From positions 313 to 32,312 of the forward strand of contig JAJHRQ010000009.1 in NCBI GenBank assembly GCA_020833645.1: a DNA stretch of 32,000 nt, in the 5' to 3' direction. The notes below the pieces were generated by a model. That model ran no database searches, had not been told where the DNA came from, and saw only the letters and a list, made by a program, of their open reading frames with translations. The DNA comes from Thermocrinis sp. (GTDB lineage: Bacteria > Aquificota > Aquificia > Aquificales > Aquificaceae). Positions 9,087 to 16,300 of the stretch are shown here, piece after piece; the first letter of the stretch is position 1; each line of letters opens with the position of its first letter. The position numbers and the translations under genes are program-made.

Positions 9087-10205
9087 ATGCTATATGCAGG
9101 TGTAGATGTAAGTAAGGACAAGGTTAGTTTGGCTGTTTTAACGAGCGGAGGAACCAAGCTAACAAGCGGAGACTTTGACATCACAACGGAAGGACTAAAG
9201 CTTTTGGAACTGACCCTGAAACATCTAAAGGACGAGATAAGCATGGCTATTGAACAAACGGGAACCTATTCAATGCCTGTAATTCTCTATTTGATGGAAA
9301 GGGTGGAAGGGTTAAGGATTTACTTAGTGGATGGTCTGAACTTCAACAGGTTTATAAAGCTTGAAGGAAGGAAAAAGCAGGACAAGGCGGACGCAGTCAG
9401 TTTAGCAGAATACCTGAGGAGAGGGCTACCAGCAAGGCTAATAACAAGCAAGGACATAAAGGCATACGGGTTAAAGGTTCTGATAAGCGAAAGGGAACAC
9501 TTGCTGAAGGTAAAAAACCAGATAGAAAACAGGCTAAGGCAACTTGTGGAGACGATATTTCCAGACAGCAAGACATTAAGCAAGCCAGTTTTTTGGTCAG
9601 AGATAAGGAAGGGAAGGGCTATCCTTGACTGGAAAAGGCTAACGGACAAGGCAGAAGTGTTATCAACCATTCTAAGGGAGAGGAAAATATGGCTGGAAGT
9701 AGTCCATAGCTTGGAGGAGACGGAAAGGGAAATAAACGCATTCCTACGGGCATACTATCCTGAGGACTTAAACATCCTAAAAAGCTTTGGGTTCTCAGAG
9801 ACAACCATAGCATACTTCATAAGTGTTTATGTGGATATAGGAAGGTTCAAGGATGTTAAGGCTTTTAAAAGCTATATGGGCTTGGGCTTGAGAATATACC
9901 AGTCAGGGAAAAAGGAGAAAAACGTAGTCAATAGCTACACCAACAAATACATAAGGAAACTGCTTTATATGTATTTAGTCCAAGCGGTAAGGGAAAGAAG
10001 CAACCACAGGAGGGTTAAGGAATACTACCTTAGGCAAGTGGAAAAAAGCGGAAGCAAAAAGAAGGCAATATTAAAGACTGCTGGAAAGGTTATTGAATGG
10101 GTTTATTACTGTCTTAAGCATAAAGAACCTTTCAGATGGGAGGCTAACTATGAAACACAACAGGAAAACCTTAGCCAAGTTAATAGCGAACAGACTGAAG
10201 ATTAA
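9087..10205 (+). CDS. IS110-family DEDD transposase/recombinase (Piv-like), apparently intact
   Basis: 372 aa. The N-terminal RuvC-like DEDD motifs are YAGVDVSKD, AIEQTGTY and KKQDKADAVSLAEYL. The C-terminal Tnp domain is GFSETTIAYFISVYVDIGRFKDVKAFKSYMGLGLRIYQSGKK, including the conserved QSG serine. Confidence 0.9.
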   Translation: MLYAGVDVSKDKVSLAVLTSGGTKLTSGDFDITTEGLKLLELTLKHLKDEISMAIEQTGTYSMPVILYLMERVEGLRIYLVDGLNFNRFIKLEGRKKQDKADAVSLAEYLRRGLPARLITSKDIKAYGLKVLISEREHLLKVKNQIENRLRQLVETIFPDSKTLSKPVFWSEIRKGRAILDWKRLTDKAEVLSTILRERKIWLEVVHSLEETEREINAFLRAYYPEDLNILKSFGFSETTIAYFISVYVDIGRFKDVKAFKSYMGLGLRIYQSGKKEKNVVNSYTNKYIRKLLYMYLVQAVRERSNHRRVKEYYLRQVEKSGSKKKAILKTAGKVIEWVYYCLKHKEPFRWEANYETQQENLSQVNSEQTED

Positions 10206-10359
10206 AGAGGAAACGGTGGAAAGGGTGATAAAGGAGTTTGTGGAAACGGTGCGGGAGGAAGTAAGGAAGGGAGGAGTAATTGAAATCCGAGGGCTGGCAA
10301 GCTGGAAAAAGAACAAAAAGGGAAAAGTAAAGGTTAAGAACTTCATAAGGGAGGGTTAA
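10150..10359 (+). CDS. Truncated HU/IHF-like small DNA-binding protein
   Basis: The SD GGGAGG lies 6 nt upstream of the ATG at 10150. The 69-aa product has an HU-like helical N-terminal half (LAKLIANRLKIKEETVERVIKEFVETVREEVRKGGVIEIRGL) but lacks the long beta-arm. The ORF overlaps the recombinase 3' end. Confidence 0.55.
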   Translation: MKHNRKTLAKLIANRLKIKEETVERVIKEFVETVREEVRKGGVIEIRGLASWKKNKKGKVKVKNFIREG

Positions 10360-10361
10360 AG

Positions 10362-10592
10362 ATGGCATGGATGGACTTTAAACACATCCCAGCTAAGCAG
10401 GTTATGATTGCTAAGGTTATTGAAGTGTTAGAGGAAGTGGAACCGAACCTTTGGAGGGTCAGGGTAAAACACAACTGGATAGGAGTTCCTGAGATTATAG
10501 AAATAGCAGGAGAAAGACCACAGGAGGGAGAGATATTAGACCTTTACCCTGTGCCATACGAACAATGGAAAGAATGGACACAAGGGCAATAA
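10362..10592 (+). CDS. Hypothetical protein (prophage accessory/regulatory module)
   Basis: 76-aa ORF with the SD GGAGGG upstream, tightly following the HU-like ORF. Confidence 0.5.
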   Translation: MAWMDFKHIPAKQVMIAKVIEVLEEVEPNLWRVRVKHNWIGVPEIIEIAGERPQEGEILDLYPVPYEQWKEWTQGQ

Positions 10593-10915
10593 AGGAACAA
10601 CTCAGGGAAATAGAGGAAGAACTGAAGAGGGAAGTTCTCAGGCTGTGCGGAGAACTTGGGATTAAAGACAGAACCCTAAAGAACTTTGAATATAAAACAA
10701 TAAGCCTGTGCATGCTTGAAATCAGAACGGAGGGCGGGCGGGTCTATAGATACCAACAACTGAAGGGAGAACTGGAGAGAGGAAAGACAATAACCATAAA
10801 CAACTGGAGGCACGAGGAGACACCCTTTAGAACACTAAACAGACTTATTAACCTTTACAGGGCTACCAAGGGCGTAATGAAAGCCAACGAATACCTGAAG
10901 AGGGAACCCTGTTAG
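10565..10915 (+). CDS. Hypothetical coiled-coil protein (prophage accessory/regulatory module)
   Basis: 116-aa ORF overlapping the previous ORF, with a charged helical N-terminus (IKEQLREIEEELKREVLRL). Confidence 0.45.
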   Translation: MERMDTRAIKEQLREIEEELKREVLRLCGELGIKDRTLKNFEYKTISLCMLEIRTEGGRVYRYQQLKGELERGKTITINNWRHEETPFRTLNRLINLYRATKGVMKANEYLKREPC

Positions 10916-10919
10916 TTTC

Positions 10920-11123
10920 TCACGGGCGGACTAAAAGAAGGAAAGCCCAGAAGAGAATAGCAAGGGTCATAACAAACAGCCAAAGCCAGAAGGCAAAGGG
11001 CAAAGTAGGAGAGGGTTTATTTTGCCATGGAGGAGCTTTCTCAGGGTCTGGCAGTTTAGAATGCTGAACCTCTTCCGAGGGCTTCCTTTCCTTCCTCATA
11101 TAGTCCCTATCATACAGTCCCAT
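10920..11123 (-). CDS. Small membrane protein with a C-terminal TM helix
   Basis: 67 aa with a polar, Pro-rich N-terminus followed by FAFWLWLFVMTLAILFWAFLLLV. A GAGG SD lies 7 nt upstream. Confidence 0.45.
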   Translation of the reverse strand: MGLYDRDYMRKERKPSEEVQHSKLPDPEKAPPWQNKPSPTLPFAFWLWLFVMTLAILFWAFLLLVRP

Positions 11124-11297
11124 GGCAGAACCTCAACTTAGGGTGAAATTTTAACCCTTAAGTGTGGGACAGGTGCAAAGTTTAAAATTAGGTGATAAGT
11201 AATACAAGCCCACAGGCAGGCGGGCTTACGCCCCGCCCCTGCCCTGCTTGGCCTTGGTGGGAACGCTAACACATGGACAAAAATGGCCTTACGGCCA

Positions 11298-11357
11298 CTG
11301 GGAGAGGGGGAGGGTCTCCAAGGTCTAAGGCTCTGGCCGACCCTCCCCCTCTCCCAG
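11298..11357. repeat. Perfect 19-bp-stem hairpin
   Basis: CTGGGAGAGGGGGAGGGTC (11298-11316) is the exact reverse complement of GACCCTCCCCCTCTCCCAG (11339-11357). The loop is 22 nt. Confidence 0.95.
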
Positions 11358-11378
11358 ACCCTCACCCCCACCCGCCAG

Positions 11379-11499
11379 AGCCTTAACCGTGGCTGGCTGG
11401 CAGACCAGCCGCAAAGCTAACGCTTAGACAACACATAAACGCTTAAGTGCTAATGCTTAAGCTTGGTCCCACAAGCCAGCCAGCCACTGGGTTAAGGCT
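11379..11499. repeat. Long interrupted inverted repeat (10 + 12 bp stems) enclosing short direct repeats
   Basis: AGCCTTAACC-G-TGGCTGGCTGGC (11379-11401) pairs with GCCAGCCAGCCA-CTG-GGTTAAGGCT (11475-11499). Inside, AACGCTTA occurs twice (11419, 11438) and GCTTAAG twice (11441, 11455). Confidence 0.85.
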
Positions 11500-11599
11500 A
11501 AAGATTTCTAAAATTTGATTTACATAAACTTTCAGAAAGGTTTAAAACATCATTTTTAGAACCGATTTCAACGACGGGCGGGAAGGCGGGCGAGGGCAA

Positions 11600-12691
11600 C
11601 TAAGGAAGTTCAATAATCTTAGGGCCTGAAGACAGGTCTAAGCCAGAACTGGCGGGCGGGCGGGCGGAAGGGCGGGCAACCTCAATAACGATATAGCCAT
11701 AGCCACCAACGGAAGGAGAGGGAGAAGGAGAGGGCGAAGCAGAAGGAAAGGAAGAAACAGAAGGAGAAGAGGGAACTTCGGGAGAAGAGTAAGCTGAAGG
11801 ATAGGAATAGGAGGGAGAGGAACCAGAAACGGAGGAAGGAGGAGAGGAAAACCCAGAGGAACCAGAAGGAGGAGAGCCAAAGAAAGAAGGTCTTTTTTCA
11901 TTCTTTACTCCTTTCTCCTGAGCCTGAGAAACCTTAGGCTTGGGAATTATCCCACCGTGGGTTTTAACGTAGGAACCAAGCTGAATAATGGCAAAGAAGG
12001 CAACCGCAACAGCAACGAAAAGCATAACGGGAGGCCTACCCTTAACTCCTTTCATGTGTTCCACGAGGGCGGAACGATAAAGGACAAAGATTTTAGGGTC
12101 ATACTTAACAATGCTTTTTTTGACAGGGACACCACCGATTATGGTCTTCAAAACTGCCATATTGGAAATGCCAAAAACACGGAGGCTTACAAGGCGGAGT
12201 TCAATCTCAACAAGGTTTCTTATGGCTTTGTTCATCCTTTGAATGCTTTGGGTGATGATGAAGAAGTCAAGTCCTAAGTGTCTGTGATAGTCAAAGAAGA
12301 ATTTTTGAAGCTGGGTTAGTTCTGTGTCTTCATCAATAATAGACTGGAACTCATCCAGATAGAAAATAACCTTTCTATAGCCCAACTCACCAAAAAGCTT
12401 GGGAATTATGAACCTTTTCCAGTAATCCACATTGAGGATAGTCAGGAAAGCATTCCTGTAATTGCCATCATAATGCATATTGCAAAAGGAGAGGGCTGTG
12501 GCGAGGAATTCATCCAAAGTCCAAAGGTTATTAACCTCTTTGCCGAGGTAAAAGGAAAGCTTAGCCCTGTCCAAGCCGTCAATGTTGGAAACAACAAGGT
12601 TAGTATCCTTCTTCAGGTCTTCAACAATCCTTTTAACCGCATAGTAGGACTTACCAGCCCCAGGGCTACCTGTTATAAACACTATAGCCAT
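11600..12691 (-). CDS. Zot/pI-like filamentous-phage assembly ATPase
   Basis: 363 aa with Walker A at the extreme N-terminus (FITGSPGAGKSYYAV), Walker B-like VIFYLDEFQ, a single TM (VMLFVAVAVAFFAIIQLGSYV) and a Ser/Pro-rich periplasmic tail. It follows the pVI-like ORF as in Ff. Confidence 0.8.
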   Translation of the reverse strand: MAIVFITGSPGAGKSYYAVKRIVEDLKKDTNLVVSNIDGLDRAKLSFYLGKEVNNLWTLDEFLATALSFCNMHYDGNYRNAFLTILNVDYWKRFIIPKLFGELGYRKVIFYLDEFQSIIDEDTELTQLQKFFFDYHRHLGLDFFIITQSIQRMNKAIRNLVEIELRLVSLRVFGISNMAVLKTIIGGVPVKKSIVKYDPKIFVLYRSALVEHMKGVKGRPPVMLFVAVAVAFFAIIQLGSYVKTHGGIIPKPKVSQAQEKGVKNEKRPSFFGSPPSGSSGFSSPPSSVSGSSPSYSYPSAYSSPEVPSSPSVSSFPSASPSPSPSPSVGGYGYIVIEVARPSARPPASSGLDLSSGPKIIELP

Positions 12692-12694
12692 GGC

Positions 12695-12916
12695 TTAGAC
12701 CCTGAAGAAGGGAATAAGGTTAAGGACAAACCTAATAGTTAGGGCGGTTCCCAATATGCCTATAGCCTGAGGAATTCCAGAGTTAGCCAAAAACCAGTTA
12801 TCAATGGTAAGGGAAGCCAGAGGAGATATAGGGATAGACAAAGCAGACAGCAAGGAAAGGACAAAGGAAAAAATACCCTGAAGCAGAGAAACAAAAGCAC
12901 AATAAACGGCACACAT
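12695..12916 (-). CDS. pVI-like small polytopic membrane protein (minor virion protein candidate)
   Basis: The ATG at 12916 is preceded by the SD AAGGAGGG, 7 nt upstream. The 73-aa product is very hydrophobic and sits between the pIII-like and Zot-like genes. The tracked start at 12949 is probably too long. Confidence 0.6.
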   Translation of the reverse strand: MCAVYCAFVSLLQGIFSFVLSLLSALSIPISPLASLTIDNWFLANSGIPQAIGILGTALTIRFVLNLIPFFRV

Positions 12917-12918
12917 GG

Positions 12919-14946
12919 CTAAACCCTCCTTATTGGGATATTTTTCCAAAGTTCAAAGATTGACATGGAAACCAAAAGGGCAGAGATAAAGCCAAAGATA
13001 GAAGCAAGCCCGACAAAAGAGTAAAAGATTAAGTTCCTTAGTTCATCAAAATTAGCATAAAGCATTTGTTCCTGTTCCCTACACTTATCAGAGTTAGGAA
13101 GGGCATCCTGAAGAGTATTAGTCAGGCTAACCACGGAAACCACCTCTTGGGTTATAAGCCAGTTAATGGCAGGAATAAGTTCCTCTTCTGGAAAGATTTC
13201 AACAACAACCTCAACCGCAGGAATGGAAATAGTATCAGGAGAAACATAAGGAGAACACCGAGAAGGAAAAGGAGTAGAAGGGCGGACAATAAAACGCTGA
13301 GGAGAAGGAATAGGAAGAGGCTGGATTAAAGTATCAGGGTCAAGCTGAGGGAGAAGGTCAGGAGAAACCTCAATATAAGGAACATCTCCCAGAGGAAGAG
13401 GAAAAGGGTTTAAGTAAGGAGAAAGATCACGCAAAGGTAAAGTCTGAGAGACAGTCCGACAGATTTCTCCTTTCTCATCATCTGTTAAATCATCAAAGTT
13501 AGGAGGGAGAGGGTTATATTCAGGAACTGAAAGAGAAGGAGAGTCAGGAGGGCGGGCACGAGGGATATTAGGCCAAGGGAGAATAATCTCCTTGGGATAG
13601 GTGGCAGGATTATCCCAATCAAATTCACAGACCTTACGACATGAACATTGACCAGAAAGAACAGGTCCAAAATGTGTATGAAAACAATTATCAACAACAA
13701 AACTAACCACAGAACTACAATTACAAACATAGCAAGGGTCATAACTAAAATGCCATTGGCCACAATCAAAGGGAGGGATATATTCACACACGAGATAAGG
13801 ATTACCATCCTGTCCAAAGCACTTAGAATAATAACTATATAGTGATGAATCACACCACCAAGCATTAGTATCATTAGGCCCCCAGGGCGCATTTCCATTC
13901 CCAGCAATATAAACGGGAGCATCCGACTGGAAAGGAAGAGGAAACGCAGCATTAGCATAATGAAACTGATAAGAAACTAATACACCAGCCAAACTTGAAA
14001 CATAAAGAAATTTAGGAGAACGAGGATCATCTCCAGAAAGACCGTGAGGAACAGTAAGAAGATTACCGAAATGGTGAGGGTCAAAATAATCAGGATACCA
14101 ATGGTAAGGCGACCAATCGGAATTTGGAACGGTTTTATAACCTACTAAAAGACCTCTTTCACATACGGCGTAAATATCATAACAGGTAGAACTAACAAGG
14201 CGAGGAACTGGAGGGCAAGGCTGACCAATCTCAGGCAGGTTAGAAAGGTCAGGCAAAAGGGAAGGGTTAAACCCATTGGGAACAATAATCCCAAAACCAA
14301 GCCCTGAATGATTAACACTTTTCCACTGAAGGTATAAAAGGCGACGGATTAAAAGGGTTTGTTCCTCTACAAGATTAACATAGCCAAACTCCAAAAGAGG
14401 GTTAAAAAGCACATTGAACCCAAGCTTAACAATCTGAGAAACTGAGGAGAGAAAACCAGAGAGAAGGCGGTTAAAAAGCCTTGTATTATTAACAGAGTTC
14501 TTTAAATAGAAAAGGTCAGGGTATAAAGCCCTCAGGGCGGGAGCTATTACCTCTATGCTTTGTTTAAGCTCAACTTGACGGAGAACCAAATTCCTTAATT
14601 TTGTTTGTAAATCCGTAGCGGGCTGGAGTGTAGAATAGGAACGAGGATTTTGGATAAAGTCCGTATAAACATCCTTAGCAGAAGCAAACTCAGAAAGGGC
14701 AGACTGGTAGGCTTGCTTTTTCATGCGAAAATCTTCAAGCTGAACATAATCAACATTTTTAGACATTTCCCACATCCTTTCCAGAATTTCCAACGAGTCA
14801 GAGAGGGCGAGAGACCTTTCATAAAGATAGTTCAGATACTGAACGACGGCGTCATTATCCACCTTGGGCATCTGCAATTTAGCCTCATAGACCACAGAAG
14901 CAGGAAAGCCCAGACCAAAGAGAAAGAGAAGGAGAACCCACCGCAT
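12919..14946 (-). CDS. pIII-like adsorption / virion-cap protein candidate (675 aa)
   Basis: It has a signal peptide (MRWVLLLFLFGLGFPASVV), a helical N-terminal third, a central Cys/aromatic-rich domain, a Pro-rich linker (PLPPNF...PFPLPLG...PLPIPSP) and a C-terminal TM anchor (FVGLASIFGFISALLVSMSIF). Confidence 0.65.
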   Translation of the reverse strand: MRWVLLLFLFGLGFPASVVYEAKLQMPKVDNDAVVQYLNYLYERSLALSDSLEILERMWEMSKNVDYVQLEDFRMKKQAYQSALSEFASAKDVYTDFIQNPRSYSTLQPATDLQTKLRNLVLRQVELKQSIEVIAPALRALYPDLFYLKNSVNNTRLFNRLLSGFLSSVSQIVKLGFNVLFNPLLEFGYVNLVEEQTLLIRRLLYLQWKSVNHSGLGFGIIVPNGFNPSLLPDLSNLPEIGQPCPPVPRLVSSTCYDIYAVCERGLLVGYKTVPNSDWSPYHWYPDYFDPHHFGNLLTVPHGLSGDDPRSPKFLYVSSLAGVLVSYQFHYANAAFPLPFQSDAPVYIAGNGNAPWGPNDTNAWWCDSSLYSYYSKCFGQDGNPYLVCEYIPPFDCGQWHFSYDPCYVCNCSSVVSFVVDNCFHTHFGPVLSGQCSCRKVCEFDWDNPATYPKEIILPWPNIPRARPPDSPSLSVPEYNPLPPNFDDLTDDEKGEICRTVSQTLPLRDLSPYLNPFPLPLGDVPYIEVSPDLLPQLDPDTLIQPLPIPSPQRFIVRPSTPFPSRCSPYVSPDTISIPAVEVVVEIFPEEELIPAINWLITQEVVSVVSLTNTLQDALPNSDKCREQEQMLYANFDELRNLIFYSFVGLASIFGFISALLVSMSIFELWKNIPIRRV

Positions 14947-14948
14947 AG

Positions 14949-15368
14949 CTACCTACGAAAGATAATGAAGTAGCTAAGGATGGTGGCGAAGATAATCCAA
15001 GCAGTCTTAAGGGACATCAAAAGCAAACGCATAAGAGGGTGGTTTGCTATATCTATTGTGGTATGGATGAAGGGAGGGAGATTAACCACAATGGGCGGTG
15101 GGGGGTTATCTTCAACATTCAAACGGAAGGAGGAAAGGAAAAGGAAAAGGTCAGTGTTTTTAGCAGAGTTTATAAAGTCTTCCAGAACCCGAGAGATTGA
15201 AGGGCAAGAACAGGAAGAGGAACAATAAGAGTGATCAGCTATAAAAACGGAATTCCTTTCTCTACAAACGCAAGCCCGACCCTGTCCAGTGTTTTCAAAC
15301 CGACAGGTTAAGGCAAGGGCTGAATAGGAGGAAAGGAGGAAAAGGAGGAAAGCAATAACTGCCTTCAT
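14949..15368 (-). CDS. Secreted Cys-rich protein with a C-terminal membrane anchor (minor virion protein candidate)
   Basis: 139 aa with a signal peptide ending ALA, the motif GQGRACVCRERNSVFIADHSYCSSSCSC, a poly-Pro stretch and the TM AWIIFATILSYFIIF. Confidence 0.6.
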   Translation of the reverse strand: MKAVIAFLLFLLSSYSALALTCRFENTGQGRACVCRERNSVFIADHSYCSSSCSCPSISRVLEDFINSAKNTDLFLFLSSFRLNVEDNPPPPIVVNLPPFIHTTIDIANHPLMRLLLMSLKTAWIIFATILSYFIIFRR

Positions 15369-15580
15369 TTTGAAGACCTCTTAAGGGCTTTACCTACCAG
15401 AATGGCGGAGAAGGTTCCAAGAACGGTGGAAAGACCTAAGACCATCTTAAGGAAGTCCGATTTAAATTCCTGTATGGTTTGGTTTAATTGGTTAAGGGCA
15501 TTCACATAGTCCAAACACTCACACTGAGACTGAGCAAAGGCAAAGGCTAACAGACTAAAAAACAACCCTAAGAACCGCAT
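15365..15580 (-). CDS. Second coat-protein-like small protein
   Basis: Using the ATG at 15580, the product is 71 aa. It has a signal peptide MRFLGLFFSLLAFAFA, a polar segment, the TM MVLGLSTVLGTFSAILVG and a basic tail KALKRSSK. Confidence 0.55.
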   Translation of the reverse strand: MRFLGLFFSLLAFAFAQSQCECLDYVNALNQLNQTIQEFKSDFLKMVLGLSTVLGTFSAILVGKALKRSSK

Positions 15581-16094
15581 AGGCACCCCCCAGAAGACCG
15601 AAAGCAAAAGAGGAACCGATGAAAACCTTTAAAAAGCCTTCCTTTACACCCTGAAAAGTGTCTATAAGGTTATTAACGGACTGGCAGGCAAAACCTGAAC
15701 TTGAACCTGAACCTGAACCACCTAAAAATTCATCAGGAAAGCAAGGAGAAGAAGAACAGGAAAAAGAGGGAGGAATAGGAATGCCCTCAGAAGAGGAAGA
15801 AGAGGAGCAACTAATGGAACCATTGGAAGAAACACGACAGCTAAAGGACAAACCCTCACAGGAGCTAAACAATGAAGAGCAATAAGAATAATTATCATCA
15901 AAGTTAGGCTCTGAAGGGTCATATATGAAAAATAAACGGAGACCCCCATCATCAAGAACATAACAAACGCAACCATTACCAGCATATGGAGGAGAAGGTG
16001 AAAAAGTGGCAGGATAACAACACATTTTAGAAAAGGCGGGCAAGGAACCCGCCAGAACTAAAAAGAGGAACAGGACAACAGGAAGGACTGGCAT
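15555..16094 (-). CDS. Secreted Cys/Ser-rich protein with a C-terminal membrane anchor, paralogous N-domain to 14949-15368
   Basis: 179 aa with a signal peptide, the motif GNGCVCYVLDDGGLRLFFIYD...NYSYCSS, poly-Ser/Gly linkers and a C-terminal TM. Its start overlaps the upstream stop as TAATG. Confidence 0.6.
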   Translation of the reverse strand: MPVLPVVLFLFLVLAGSLPAFSKMCCYPATFSPSPPYAGNGCVCYVLDDGGLRLFFIYDPSEPNFDDNYSYCSSLFSSCEGLSFSCRVSSNGSISCSSSSSSEGIPIPPSFSCSSSPCFPDEFLGGSGSGSSSGFACQSVNNLIDTFQGVKEGFLKVFIGSSFAFGLLGGAYAVLRVVF

Positions 16095-16300
16095 TATGCC
16101 CTGTTTAGAGCCTTCTTTATTACCCTGTAGGTGAGGAAGAATATCAGGATGGAAGCTACCGCAGAGAGCAGTCCCTGAATACCAGAAACAAGGCTATTTA
16201 CCGCATTCATTGCATCCTCAAGTATTCCAGCGTGGGCAAAACCAGAAGAAGCAAGCAAAACCAAGCCAGAAACTGCCAACAAGCTAAAAAGTTTCCTCAT
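16094..16300 (-). CDS. Major coat protein (pVIII-like) candidate
   Basis: 68 aa with a signal peptide ending AHA. The mature product is about 44 aa, with an acidic N-terminus (GILEDAMNAV), a hydrophobic core and a basic C-terminus (YRVIKKALNRA). The SD AAGGAGGTG lies upstream, and there is an ATGA overlap with the preceding ORF. Confidence 0.7.
   Translation of the reverse strand: MRKLFSLLAVSGLVLLASSGFAHAGILEDAMNAVNSLVSGIQGLLSAVASILIFFLTYRVIKKALNRA

Larger units (their letters stand above)
11124..11599 (-). promoter_or_regulatory. Structured phage intergenic region, candidate packaging signal and replication origin(s)
   Basis: 476 bp of non-coding sequence after the Zot-like gene. It holds a GC-rich imperfect hairpin (about 11213-11247), a perfect 19-bp stem (11298-11357), a long interrupted stem (11379-11499) and an AT-rich tract (11500-11575). 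Confidence 0.5.

Noticed and set aside
8999-9244. 81-aa minus-strand ORF across the recombinase start and the upstream hairpin
   Set aside because: It is antisense to the start of a well-supported IS110-family gene and overlaps the structured leader. It has no SD.
11138-11371. 77-aa minus-strand ORF (Arg/Pro/Gly-rich) in the phage intergenic region
   Set aside because: Its sequence is dictated by GC-rich hairpin arms, including the perfect 19-bp stem. It has no SD and an implausible composition.
11638-11901. 87-aa alternative-frame ORF (Leu/Pro-rich) within the Zot-like gene
   Set aside because: It is an artefact of the polypurine/polypyrimidine low-complexity tract. The Zot frame is continuous with its Walker motifs and TM helix.
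13485-13958. 157-aa hydrophobic alternative-frame ORF inside the 675-aa gene
   Set aside because: It is nested in the long ORF that has a signal peptide, linkers and an anchor. It has no independent start signal.
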